This document shows, piece by piece, positions 28,076 to 38,009 of a DNA stretch of 64,000 nt. Under the pieces are notes generated by a model. It was given only the letters and a program-made list of their open reading frames with translations. It was not told the DNA's origin and ran no database searches. How positions within the stretch are numbered: position 1 is the stretch's first letter; every line of letters begins with the position of its first letter. The position numbers were made by a program, and so were the translations under genes. This DNA is from Anaerostipes sp. (GTDB lineage Bacteria; Bacillota; Clostridia; Lachnospirales; Lachnospiraceae): positions 167,516-231,515 of the forward strand of contig JAQVEG010000001.1 of NCBI GenBank assembly GCA_028697725.1, given 5' to 3'.

Positions 28076-29014
28076 ATGAGAAGAAGAATCTATCAGATTA
28101 TAGGACCGAGAAATGAAGAAGATGTGCATAATAAAGTATATAATATGTTTATTGTAATTATTTCAATATGCAGTATTATTCCGTTGACATTTCTTCATCC
28201 TCAGGGAATATTAAAGACGGGATTATTGAAGCTGGAGACAATTACAGTTTATCTGTTGTTCCTGGATTATTTTCTTTGCTGGCTGACCAGTGACTATAAA
28301 GTAAAGAGTCATTCGCCATGGGCATTTATTTTATATCCATTATCGCCAATTGCCTTACTAAATATTCTGTCTTTGTTACCTTCGTTAGGGTTACTTCCAA
28401 TGCAGTTTACGATTTTAAGGCTTTGTCGAATGCTGAAAGTGATGCAGTATTCTAAGAGTTGTTCTCATATTGTGAAGGTGTTTAAAAAGGAAAAGAAAAC
28501 ATTATTTTCTGTTTTGATTATAGCAGTTTTTTATATTTTCTTATCGGCATTGATTATGTTTGTCAAAGAAGGAGGAGTTACCTTCCATTCATTTTTTGAC
28601 GCACTTTACTGGGCGACGACTGCACTAACCACAGTTGGGTATGGTGATGTCTATCCTACAACGACAGTGGGAAGGCTGATTAGTATGATATCTTCTTTGT
28701 TTGGGATTGCGGTAATTGCATTGCCAGCAGGTATTGTAACCGCAGGATTTGTGGATTCTATTACCCAGGAAATTAAACATGACGAAGAATTAAAGAAGGA
28801 AAAGAAGTTAAAGAAACTTCAAATGAAAGAAAAGAAAGAGGGAATATTACAACAAACGGTTGTATCTGGAATTACAGTGACAGAGCTTCAAGATGTAAAT
28901 GAAATCCAACAGAAGATTGAAGAATACAGAAGTGAAACAGCAAAGCTTGAACGAAGGTTAGCAGAGCTTAAGTTTCAAAATGAGATGATTGAATTAGAAC
29001 AAGGAGGTGAATAA
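28076..29014 (+). CDS. Potassium channel-like ion transporter with a C-terminal coiled coil
   Basis: TTVGYGD filter; S4-like ILRLCRMLK; heptad-rich tail. Confidence 0.87.
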   Translation: MRRRIYQIIGPRNEEDVHNKVYNMFIVIISICSIIPLTFLHPQGILKTGLLKLETITVYLLFLDYFLCWLTSDYKVKSHSPWAFILYPLSPIALLNILSLLPSLGLLPMQFTILRLCRMLKVMQYSKSCSHIVKVFKKEKKTLFSVLIIAVFYIFLSALIMFVKEGGVTFHSFFDALYWATTALTTVGYGDVYPTTTVGRLISMISSLFGIAVIALPAGIVTAGFVDSITQEIKHDEELKKEKKLKKLQMKEKKEGILQQTVVSGITVTELQDVNEIQQKIEEYRSETAKLERRLAELKFQNEMIELEQGGE

Positions 29015-29639
29015 CATGGAAAAGCAAAGTGAAAAAACAAAAAATTATATAAAGATTATGTCAATTGGAGTTGCAGTTGATTTAATCTGTTATTTGATTG
29101 GACATTTTTTTCATATTCCCGCTTGGATGGATGCCAATGGAACCGCGATTGCAGCCATGTTATTAGAGCCTGGAGCAGGGATTTTAGTTGGATTTGTTAT
29201 TAACTTTTACAAGGCTGCATTTATTTATACAAGTAAGGAATTGATTGCATATTTGCTCAGTGCATCTATTGCAATCATTATAGGAATTGGAATTCGTAAG
29301 AAAGGAAAGATATCTATTAAACGAATTATACCTCTTTCATTTTTATGTATGTTGGTTAATTGGAACTTGGCATTTCTCATTGACTTGTGGCAAGGGGGAG
29401 TCATAAGTCATTGGGAGAATCAGTTTTATCATATGGCGAGAAGTCAGGGACATTCAAAATATATGGCTATGTATCTTGGGATTTTTGGCTTGAAATTCTT
29501 AGATTGTATCATTCGGATCGTTGTTTTGTATGCAGCTTATTATATCATACCAAAGAAATGGCAGAATGAAACATATATAAGTGAAGTATCTTGGAAGAAT
29601 CCGTATTTTAAGAGAAAACAAGAGGATTTTATTGAATAG
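29007..29639 (+). CDS. Membrane protein (ECF S-component-like)
   Basis: About 6 TM helices with W.DA.GT and G.LVG motifs; overlaps the K+ channel stop. Confidence 0.55.
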   Translation: MNNMEKQSEKTKNYIKIMSIGVAVDLICYLIGHFFHIPAWMDANGTAIAAMLLEPGAGILVGFVINFYKAAFIYTSKELIAYLLSASIAIIIGIGIRKKGKISIKRIIPLSFLCMLVNWNLAFLIDLWQGGVISHWENQFYHMARSQGHSKYMAMYLGIFGLKFLDCIIRIVVLYAAYYIIPKKWQNETYISEVSWKNPYFKRKQEDFIE

Positions 29640-29758
29640 TAGGGGAAAATGTCATACTTTCTTTGACGAAGCAGGAATCATATGTTACTATGGAAAATGG
29701 ACTAAAAGATGGGGTAATAGCCTCACTTGAGATATGAATAAAGGAGAAATATAGAATT

Positions 29759-31510
29759 ATGAACACGTCAAATATTTATCGTAACAGAACACTGAACCAG
29801 ATAGGGGAAGGTGACGTAGGAGCAACATTACGAGTTGCTGGATGGGTAGAGAATATCCGTGACCATGGTGGAGTTTCATTTATTGATTTAAGAGATATGT
29901 ATGGAGTTCTTCAAGTTGTTATGAGAGATACAACACTTTTAGAAGGAATTAATAAGGAAGATTGTATTTCCATTGAAGGTGTGGTTGATCATAGAGATGA
30001 AGATACTTATAATCCAAAGATTCCTACAGGAACCGTTGAATTAGAAGCGCACAGTGTTGATATGCTTGGAAAGGTATATACTCAATTACCATTTGAGATT
30101 GCAAAGTCAAAAGAAAATCATGAAGATTTGAGATTAAAACATCGCTATCTTGATCTTCGGAATCAAAAGGTTCGCGACAACATGATTTTCCGTTCTAATG
30201 TAATCACTTATTTGCGTGAGAAGATGACAGAGATGGGATTTTTAGAGATTCAGACACCAATCCTTTGTGCTTCTTCACCAGAAGGTGCCAGAGATTATAT
30301 TGTTCCTTCTCGTAAGTTTAAAGGAAAGTTTTATGCACTTCCACAGGCACCACAACAATATAAACAGTTATTGATGGTATCTGGATTTGATAAGTATTTT
30401 CAGATTGCACCATGTTTTAGAGATGAAGATGCAAGAGCAGACCGTTCTCCAGGAGAATTCTATCAATTAGATTTTGAGATGAGTTTTGCAACACAAGAAG
30501 ATGTATTTGAAGTGGGAGAAGAAGTATTAACTTCTACATTTGCAAAGTTTGCACCAGAAGGATATGAAGTGACACAGGCACCTTATCCAATTATTAGTTA
30601 TAAGCAGGCTATGTTAGAGTTTGGAACAGATAAGCCAGATCTTCGTAATCCTCTTCGTATTGTGGATGCAACAGACTTCTTCCAGAGATGTACATTTAAG
30701 CCATTCCATGGACAGACAGTACGTGCGCTGAATGTACATGCGAAGCTTTCAAAGGGACAACATGAAAAGCTGTTAAAGTTTGCAAAGTCTATCGGTATGG
30801 GTGGATTAGGATATTTAGAAGTTAAAGAAGGAATGCAGTATAAAGGGCCAATCGATAAGTTTATTCCAGATGATATGAAGACAGAGATTGCAACGCTTGC
30901 AGGACTACAAGATGGAGATACTATTTTCTTTATTGCAGATAAGGAAAAACAGGCATCTTTATATGCAGGTCAGTTACGCACAGAGTTAGCAAACCGACTT
31001 GACTTATTGGAAAAGAATGCCTACAGATTCTGTTATATCAATGACTTCCCAATGTTTGAATATGACGAAGAATCTAAGAAGATTATCTTTACACATAACC
31101 CATTTTCTATGCCACAAGGTGGTTTAGAAGCATTGAATGAAAAGGAACCAACAGATATCTTAGCTTACCAATATGATATTGTATGTAATGGGGTTGAGTT
31201 ATCATCAGGTGCAGTTCGTAACCATAATTTAGATATTATGAAAAAGGCGTTTGAGATTGCTGGATATACAGAAGAAGATTTAGAAAGCAAATTTGGAGCT
31301 TTATTCCATGCATTCCAATTTGGGGCACCTCCTCATGCAGGAATGGCACCAGGAGTTGATCGTATGATTATGCTTCTTCGAAATGAAGAGAATATTCGTG
31401 AGGTGATTCCGTTCCCTATGAATGGAAATGCACAGGATCTTATGTGTGGAGCTCCTGGAGATGTATCAGAGATGCAGCTTCGAGAAACACATATTAAAGT
31501 AAGAAAATAA
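29759..31510 (+). CDS. aspS: Aspartate--tRNA ligase (probably non-discriminating Asp/Asn type)
   Basis: OB-fold RDHGG, motif 2 FRDED, motif 3 PPHAGMAPGVDR. Confidence 0.93.
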   Translation: MNTSNIYRNRTLNQIGEGDVGATLRVAGWVENIRDHGGVSFIDLRDMYGVLQVVMRDTTLLEGINKEDCISIEGVVDHRDEDTYNPKIPTGTVELEAHSVDMLGKVYTQLPFEIAKSKENHEDLRLKHRYLDLRNQKVRDNMIFRSNVITYLREKMTEMGFLEIQTPILCASSPEGARDYIVPSRKFKGKFYALPQAPQQYKQLLMVSGFDKYFQIAPCFRDEDARADRSPGEFYQLDFEMSFATQEDVFEVGEEVLTSTFAKFAPEGYEVTQAPYPIISYKQAMLEFGTDKPDLRNPLRIVDATDFFQRCTFKPFHGQTVRALNVHAKLSKGQHEKLLKFAKSIGMGGLGYLEVKEGMQYKGPIDKFIPDDMKTEIATLAGLQDGDTIFFIADKEKQASLYAGQLRTELANRLDLLEKNAYRFCYINDFPMFEYDEESKKIIFTHNPFSMPQGGLEALNEKEPTDILAYQYDIVCNGVELSSGAVRNHNLDIMKKAFEIAGYTEEDLESKFGALFHAFQFGAPPHAGMAPGVDRMIMLLRNEENIREVIPFPMNGNAQDLMCGAPGDVSEMQLRETHIKVRK

Positions 31511-31793
31511 TTAAAATCAAAGAGAAGCTGTTTGCAGAATTTGCAGACGGCTTTTTTTGATGACTTAGTTATAAAATGTAAAAAAATGGTTGAAATAATA
31601 ATTATTTCATAGTACAATCTTAATATTCAAAGAGGCATTCTTACCTCTTTTCGTCTTTGACCTTTCGGTCAATGAATCCAAGAAAAACAATATAATACTG
31701 ATACAGGAAGAAAACAGGTTGCTTTTTAAATGTAGTATCTTATAATAAAAACAAGAGATGTCTTCTTTCTGATTCAAAAGAAAAGGAGATATT

Positions 31794-32789
31794 ATGGGAG
31801 AAGCAGATAAAAAGATGAATCCATACTTGGAAAACCCAAAACGATTTGCAGAAGTATTAAATCAAGGATTGTTTCAAGGGAAACCAATAATTAACCCATC
31901 AAAACTTAAGAAGATTGATGCAACTAATCGAGTTTTTGGAAAAGAAATAACAGAGAGGGATATTGTTAAAAGTTATGGAGATGAGATTGTTTTTGCAATT
32001 CTAGCGGTTGAAAATCAACAGCGAGTCCATTATGCTATGCCGTTACGGAATTATATCTATGATGGAAGCACTTATGATAAACAAAGAAAAGATATTGCAA
32101 GAAAGCATAAGAAAAAGAAAGATTTAAAAGGTGATGAGTATATTAGTAGGTTTTCAAAATATGATAAGCTAATACCAGTTATCACTTTGGTAGTTTATGC
32201 AGGAGAAAACTGGGATGGTCCAAGGCAGCTCCATGATATGCTTAACATACCAAAGGAATTAGAAGAATATAAGCCACTGATGGCAAATTATCATTTGAAT
32301 CTTTTAGAAATATCTAAAATTGAGAACTTGGATAGTTATAGTGATGAATTAAAACTAGTTTTTGGATTTATCAAGTACCAATCAGATAAAAAAGCACTAC
32401 AAGAGTTTATAATTGATAATGAAAAAATTTTAGAGCATGTACCAAAAGAAACAGGAGAAGTAATTCAAGCAGTATCTGGTTCCAATGAGATTTTAAAATA
32501 TGTAGATGTTAAACAGGAGGAAGTTGATATGAAAACAGCATTTCAAGAAATATTAGAGGATTGTAAAGCAGAGGCAAAGGCAGAAGGAAAGGCAGAGGGA
32601 AAAACAGAGGGTGAAATTAAAAAATTAATCCAATTGGTCTGTCGTAAACTTAAAAAGCAGCAAGACTGTACAGTAATTGCAGATGCACTAGAAGAGGATG
32701 TTACATATATTCAAACAATTATAGAGGCAGCTGAGCCTTTTGCACCAGAGTATAATATAGATGATATATATAAGAACTTGAATAAATAA
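31794..32789 (+). CDS. Rpn-family recombination-promoting nuclease / putative transposase (PD-(D/E)XK)
   Basis: RDIV, VENQ, MPLR, PVITLVVY.G...W motifs; EAKAEGKAEGKTEG helical repeats. Confidence 0.85.
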   Translation: MGEADKKMNPYLENPKRFAEVLNQGLFQGKPIINPSKLKKIDATNRVFGKEITERDIVKSYGDEIVFAILAVENQQRVHYAMPLRNYIYDGSTYDKQRKDIARKHKKKKDLKGDEYISRFSKYDKLIPVITLVVYAGENWDGPRQLHDMLNIPKELEEYKPLMANYHLNLLEISKIENLDSYSDELKLVFGFIKYQSDKKALQEFIIDNEKILEHVPKETGEVIQAVSGSNEILKYVDVKQEEVDMKTAFQEILEDCKAEAKAEGKAEGKTEGEIKKLIQLVCRKLKKQQDCTVIADALEEDVTYIQTIIEAAEPFAPEYNIDDIYKNLNK

Positions 32790-32816
32790 TCAACAACTAG
32801 AAAACGAGGATAAATC

Positions 32817-35459
32817 ATGACAGCAAAGAAGAAATTCTGCATGGCGATTGTAGCCCATGTGGATTCGGGGAAAACAACATTATCGGAAGCGATGCTATAT
32901 GAAAGTGGAAATATTAGAAAGATTGGACGAGTGGATCATCAGGATGCATTTTTAGATACCTATGCTCTGGAAAAGAGCCGTGGGATTACGATTTTTTCTA
33001 AGCAGGCAATGTTAGAACTTGAGCATACGAAAGTGACTCTTCTTGATACACCAGGTCATGTGGATTTTTCAGCTGAGATGGAACGGACACTTCAGGTTCT
33101 TGACTATGCAATTTTGGTGGTCAGTGGGGCTGATGGAGTGCAGGGACACACTCGAACTTTGTGGAACTTATTAAAGCAGTATGAGATTCCTACATTTTTA
33201 TTTATTAATAAAATGGATCAAAATGGGACCAATCAAAATGAAATAATGGAAGAATTGAAGGTAGGATTAGATGAGGGCTGTGTGGATTTTAGTTTCAAGG
33301 ATAAGGCTTCTTTTGAAGAAGCTATTGCTATGTGTGATGAACAGGTGTTGGAAGATTATTTTGAAACTGGAGAGATTAAAAATGACACTATCTGTGATTT
33401 GATTCAGAAAAGAAAGCTTTTTCCTTGTTTCTTTGGTTCGGCATTAAAGTTAGATGGAGTGAAGGAATTTCTTGAGGGATTAAAGCAATATACAAAGCAG
33501 AGGATTTATCCAGATGTTTTTGGAGGAAGAGTTTTTAAAATTGCCAGAGATAGGGATGGGAAAAGACTTTCTTATATTAAAATAACAGGAGGATGTCTAA
33601 AGGCAAAGGACGTAGTCCGAGGAATCGATGTTACAGGACAAGCATGGGAAGAGAAGGTACATGAATTACGCATTTATTCAGGGGAGAAGTATGAGACTAT
33701 TTCAGAGGCTGTGGCAGGAGAGGTTTGTGCTGTTACAGGTCTTACAAAAACTTATCCAGGACAGGGAATTGGGTTTGAAAATGAAGGGAAAAAACCAGTA
33801 TTAGAACCTGTGCTTACCTATGAGATTCAACTGCCAGAAGAAACTGATCCGGCAGTGATGCTGCCGAAACTTCAAGAGTTAGAGGAAGAAGAGCCAGAAT
33901 TACATATTGTCTGGAATGAGAATTTACAGGAAATTCATGCACAGCTTATGGGTGAAGTTCAAATGGAAATTCTAAAACATTTAATAGAAGAGAGATTTGG
34001 AGTGGCTGTTTCCTTTGGACAAGGGAACATTGTATACAAGGAGACTATTGGGAATATAGTAGAAGGTGTGGGACATTTTGAGCCTTTAAGACATTATGCG
34101 GAAGTGCATTTACTTATGGAGCCATTGGAGCGTGGGAGTGGTCTGGAATTTGCCATGGACTGTAGTGAAGATGTGCTAGATAAAAACTGGCAGAGACTTA
34201 TCCTTACACATTTATTGGAGAAAGAACATAAAGGGGTATTGACTGGTTCACCGATTACAGATATAAAGATGTCTATTGTGGCTGGAAAGGCACATCAAAA
34301 GCATACAGAAGGCGGGGATTTCAGGCAGGCAACTTATCGTGCTATCCGGCAGGGATTGATGGAGGCAGATTCTATTTTGTTAGAGCCTTTTTATAGATTT
34401 CGTCTGGAGATTCCAGAGCAGATGGTGGGAAGAGCTATGACAGATATTGAAAAGATGCATGGAACATTTGAACTTCCAGAGCAGGCAGGAGAACTTACAT
34501 TGATTGGTGGAAGAGGTCCTGTAGCCACCATGAGAGATTATCAAAAAGAAGTGGTGGCATACACCAAAGGATTTGGGAAAATATCTTTTCAAATGGATGG
34601 GTATGATGTCTGTCACAATGTAGAGGAAGTCATAGAAGAAATTGGATATCATGCAGATGAGGATACAAAGAATCCATCGACTTCTGTGTTTTGTTCCCAT
34701 GGTTCTGGATATTATGTACCATGGAACGAAGTAAAGGAGCATATGCATGTGGCAAGTGTTCTTTCAAAAGAAGCAGAGGAAGAAGAAATCAATGAGCCAG
34801 TGAATCGAATATCTGTGGAAGAAGAATGGATGGATGTGGACGAAGTTGACCGAATTTTGCAGCAGACTTACTATGCCAATCAAGGAAAGAAAACAAATAC
34901 GAAACGTCACAACATGCAAAAGCGAAGAGATATGGTATATACTGGGCTGTCAAAGCCTAGAAAAATAGAAAAGAAAGATAAATATTTGTTAGTGGATGGA
35001 TACAATATCATTTTTGCGTGGGAAGAATTAAGTGAACTTGCAAAGAAGAATCTTGACAGTGCAAGAGGTCGGCTTTTGGATATTTTAGCTGATTATCAGG
35101 GAATGAAACATATGGAGTTGATTGCTGTATTTGATGCTTATCGATTAGAAGGACACCCAACAGAAATCTTAGATTATCATAATATTCATGTGGTTTATAC
35201 CAAAGAAGCGGAGACAGCAGACCAATATATTGAAAAATTTGCCCATTCCCATAGTAAGAAATATGATATTACAGTTGCAACTTCTGATGGATTAGAGCAG
35301 ATTATTATTCGTGGAGAAGGATGTCGTTTGATTTCAGCAAGAGAATTTGAGCAGGAGATAAAGAGAGAAAAGGAGTTGTTTCGTGAAAACTATTTAAATG
35401 AAACAAAGCAGATAACACACAATCTCTCTTCAAAAATAAAAGGGCTAGAAAAGGAGTAA
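32817..35459 (+). CDS. TetM/EF-G-like translational GTPase fused to a C-terminal YacP/Rae1-like NYN domain
   Basis: AHVDSGKTT, RGITI, DTPGH, NKMD; domain IV/V-like regions; C-terminal LVDGYN...VFDA...ETADQYIE...VATSD. Confidence 0.85.
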   Translation: MTAKKKFCMAIVAHVDSGKTTLSEAMLYESGNIRKIGRVDHQDAFLDTYALEKSRGITIFSKQAMLELEHTKVTLLDTPGHVDFSAEMERTLQVLDYAILVVSGADGVQGHTRTLWNLLKQYEIPTFLFINKMDQNGTNQNEIMEELKVGLDEGCVDFSFKDKASFEEAIAMCDEQVLEDYFETGEIKNDTICDLIQKRKLFPCFFGSALKLDGVKEFLEGLKQYTKQRIYPDVFGGRVFKIARDRDGKRLSYIKITGGCLKAKDVVRGIDVTGQAWEEKVHELRIYSGEKYETISEAVAGEVCAVTGLTKTYPGQGIGFENEGKKPVLEPVLTYEIQLPEETDPAVMLPKLQELEEEEPELHIVWNENLQEIHAQLMGEVQMEILKHLIEERFGVAVSFGQGNIVYKETIGNIVEGVGHFEPLRHYAEVHLLMEPLERGSGLEFAMDCSEDVLDKNWQRLILTHLLEKEHKGVLTGSPITDIKMSIVAGKAHQKHTEGGDFRQATYRAIRQGLMEADSILLEPFYRFRLEIPEQMVGRAMTDIEKMHGTFELPEQAGELTLIGGRGPVATMRDYQKEVVAYTKGFGKISFQMDGYDVCHNVEEVIEEIGYHADEDTKNPSTSVFCSHGSGYYVPWNEVKEHMHVASVLSKEAEEEEINEPVNRISVEEEWMDVDEVDRILQQTYYANQGKKTNTKRHNMQKRRDMVYTGLSKPRKIEKKDKYLLVDGYNIIFAWEELSELAKKNLDSARGRLLDILADYQGMKHMELIAVFDAYRLEGHPTEILDYHNIHVVYTKEAETADQYIEKFAHSHSKKYDITVATSDGLEQIIIRGEGCRLISAREFEQEIKREKELFRENYLNETKQITHNLSSKIKGLEKE

Positions 35460-35461
35460 AC

Positions 35462-36136
35462 ATGTACCGAATATTAATTGTGGAAGATGATATGATGATT
35501 GCAAGAGAAATGCAAAAGCAGATTAAAGTCTGGGGATTTGAAACAAAAGTTGTGGAGAATTTTCAAAATATTTTGATTGAATTTGCAGCGTATGAACCAC
35601 AGTTAGTGCTTTTAGATATTTCACTGCCGTTTTTTAACGGATATCATTGGTGCAGTGAGATTCGGAAGGTATCTAAGATTCCTATTATCTTTATTTCATC
35701 CATGTCAGATAACATGAATATTGTCATGGCAATGAATATGGGTGGCGATGATTTTATTTCAAAACCTTTTGATTTTAATGTGCTAATGGCAAAGATTCAG
35801 GCACTGCTTCGTAGAACCTATGATTTTGGAAATCAGATGAGCCTCATGGAGCATAAAGGTGTTATGCTAAATCTGTCAGATGGAAGTGTTTTGTATGAGG
35901 GAAAGCAAGTTGATTTAAGTAAAAATGAATATAAGATTTTACAAAGTCTTATGGAACAAGTAGGTACCATTGTGAGTCGAGAAGATATTATGGAACGACT
36001 TTGGGAATCTGAGAGTTTTGTAGATGACAATACACTCACTGTAAATGTGACAAGACTTCGTAAAAAGTTAGAAAATGCAGGAATTAAAGATTATATTAAG
36101 ACAAAAAAAGGAATTGGTTACTGGATTGAGGGATAA
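35462..36136 (+). CDS. OmpR-family response regulator (BceR/GraR-like)
   Basis: IVEDD, LLDISLP, KPF, and a winged-helix TLTVNVTRLRKKL. Confidence 0.9.
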   Translation: MYRILIVEDDMMIAREMQKQIKVWGFETKVVENFQNILIEFAAYEPQLVLLDISLPFFNGYHWCSEIRKVSKIPIIFISSMSDNMNIVMAMNMGGDDFISKPFDFNVLMAKIQALLRRTYDFGNQMSLMEHKGVMLNLSDGSVLYEGKQVDLSKNEYKILQSLMEQVGTIVSREDIMERLWESESFVDDNTLTVNVTRLRKKLENAGIKDYIKTKKGIGYWIEG

Positions 36137-36138
36137 GG

Positions 36139-37125
36139 ATGAAAAAATATTTAAAAAAACATAGGCTTGGAATTGTATTTGGAATTCTATGTGGACTTTT
36201 ATTTGGTTTTTATGTTTATTTAATTGAATTTCCAATAGAAGGAGCAGTATATGTCCTTTTATTATGGGGCATTTTTGGAATTATTTTTCTGGGAGCAGAT
36301 TTTTTTCGATATAAGAAAAAGATGAAAAAACTTCAGATAGAAGAACAAAAAATTTTAGTTTCTTACAATAGAAACTGGCCAGAATATGAAGATGAGATAG
36401 AGCATATTTATCAGAATATGATTAGAAAGTTGCAAGATGAGAAGATGCATATAGTATCAAAGCAGGATGCATGGCAAAGTGATATTATGGACTACTATAC
36501 CTTGTGGGTGCATCAAGTGAAAACTCCAATTTCGGCAATGAAACTTATGCTTTGGAATATGGAATCAGGAAGTCAGCGAAGAGAGTTGGAAGCTGAATTA
36601 TTTCAAATGGAGCAGTATGTGGAGATGGCACTGTCTTATATGAGACTTCAAAGTGATACCAATGATTTGGTAATTCAATCCTATGAATTAGATAGAATTG
36701 TGAAAAAAGCAGTCAAAAAGTTTTCAAAAGTATTTATTGGAAAGAAGATTTCCCTTGATTTAAAGGAGATTAATCTTATGGTACTCACAGACGATAAATG
36801 GTTGAGTTTTGTCATAGAACAGATATTGTCCAATGCATTAAAATACACCAAAGAGGGGAAAATTCAGATTTATACAAAGGGCGAGAATCTTATAATCGAG
36901 GATACAGGAATCGGTATTGCCCCAGAGGATCTTCCAAGAGTGTGTGAAAAGGGTTATACTGGATATAATGGAAGATTGGATCAAAAGTCTTCTGGACTTG
37001 GATTGTATTTATGTAAACAGACCATGGAGAAATTAGGTCATACCTTTGAGATGAAATCAAAAGTGGGTGTTGGAACAAGTGTGACATTAGGGCTTGATAG
37101 AAAAAAGAAAGTAGTAGAAGCATAG
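36139..37125 (+). CDS. Intramembrane-sensing histidine kinase (BceS-like)
   Basis: Two TM helices with a tiny loop, WVHQVKTP H-box, DTGIG, GLGLYL. Confidence 0.9.
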   Translation: MKKYLKKHRLGIVFGILCGLLFGFYVYLIEFPIEGAVYVLLLWGIFGIIFLGADFFRYKKKMKKLQIEEQKILVSYNRNWPEYEDEIEHIYQNMIRKLQDEKMHIVSKQDAWQSDIMDYYTLWVHQVKTPISAMKLMLWNMESGSQRRELEAELFQMEQYVEMALSYMRLQSDTNDLVIQSYELDRIVKKAVKKFSKVFIGKKISLDLKEINLMVLTDDKWLSFVIEQILSNALKYTKEGKIQIYTKGENLIIEDTGIGIAPEDLPRVCEKGYTGYNGRLDQKSSGLGLYLCKQTMEKLGHTFEMKSKVGVGTSVTLGLDRKKKVVEA

Positions 37126-37149
37126 CAACCTTACATTTTTGTAAGGTTG
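37126..37149. promoter_or_regulatory. BceR-type response-regulator binding site
   Basis: Perfect inverted repeat CAACCTTACA-TTTT-TGTAAGGTTG between the kinase and ABC ATPase genes. Confidence 0.7.
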
Positions 37150-37241
37150 TTTCGTTATATTGAAAGGTAAACCGATGGAACGAATGCCATACCCTTGTTA
37201 GAATATAACTAGAAGTTAAAAAAGAAAACAAGGAGGAACTT

Positions 37242-38009
37242 ATGAAATTATTAGAAGTCAATCATTTGAAAAAAATATATACAACCAGATTTGGTGGAAA
37301 TCAGGTGCAGGCATTGAGTAATGTTTCATTTTCAGTAGAAGAAGGTGAATATGTGGCAATTATGGGAGAGAGTGGTTCTGGAAAGACAACGCTTCTTAAC
37401 ATGATTGCCTCTCTGGACCAACCTACAAGTGGAACAGTTGTTTTAAAGGGTAAAAATTTCTCACAGATAAAAGAAAAGGAACTGTCAGCATTTAGGAGAG
37501 ATCATCTAGGGTTTGTATTTCAGGATTTTAATTTGCTGGATACTTTTTCTTTGAAAGATAATATTTTCTTACCAATGGTTTTATCTAGAACCCATGTAAA
37601 GGAAATGGAGGAACGTTTGGTACCTATTGCTCAGAAATTAGGAATTACAGAGCTTCTTGATAAATTTCCTTATGAGGTTTCTGGTGGACAAAAGCAAAGA
37701 GCTGCAGTTGCAAGAGCGCTGATTACCAATCCAGATTTGGTGTTGGCAGATGAGCCAACTGGAGCCCTTGATTCTAAGGCGGCAGATGATTTGTTAAACT
37801 TGTTCCGAACAATCAATGATGATGGGCAGACGATTTTAATGGTAACTCATTCTGTAAAAGCGGCGAGTCTTGCTGACCGTATTTTGTTTATTAAAGATGG
37901 AGAAGTGTTCCATCAATTATATCGTGGAAACATGAAAAATGATGAAATGTTCGGAAAGATTTCTGACACACTTACTATGATTCAGACAGGTGGTGTTCAA
38001 AATGAATAA
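37242..38009 (+). CDS. ABC transporter ATP-binding protein (BceA-like)
   Basis: GESGSGKT, VSGGQKQR, LADEPTGALD. Confidence 0.9.
   Translation: MKLLEVNHLKKIYTTRFGGNQVQALSNVSFSVEEGEYVAIMGESGSGKTTLLNMIASLDQPTSGTVVLKGKNFSQIKEKELSAFRRDHLGFVFQDFNLLDTFSLKDNIFLPMVLSRTHVKEMEERLVPIAQKLGITELLDKFPYEVSGGQKQRAAVARALITNPDLVLADEPTGALDSKAADDLLNLFRTINDDGQTILMVTHSVKAASLADRILFIKDGEVFHQLYRGNMKNDEMFGKISDTLTMIQTGGVQNE

Noticed and set aside
29640-29758. T-box leader upstream of aspS
   Set aside because: The region is too short and has no T-box consensus or specifier stem.
32817-35459. Tetracycline resistance gene (tetM/tetW/tetO)
   Set aside because: It is about 240 aa longer than ribosomal protection proteins, has an NYN domain, and has no leader peptide or mobile context; homology to the GTPase family alone does not support resistance.
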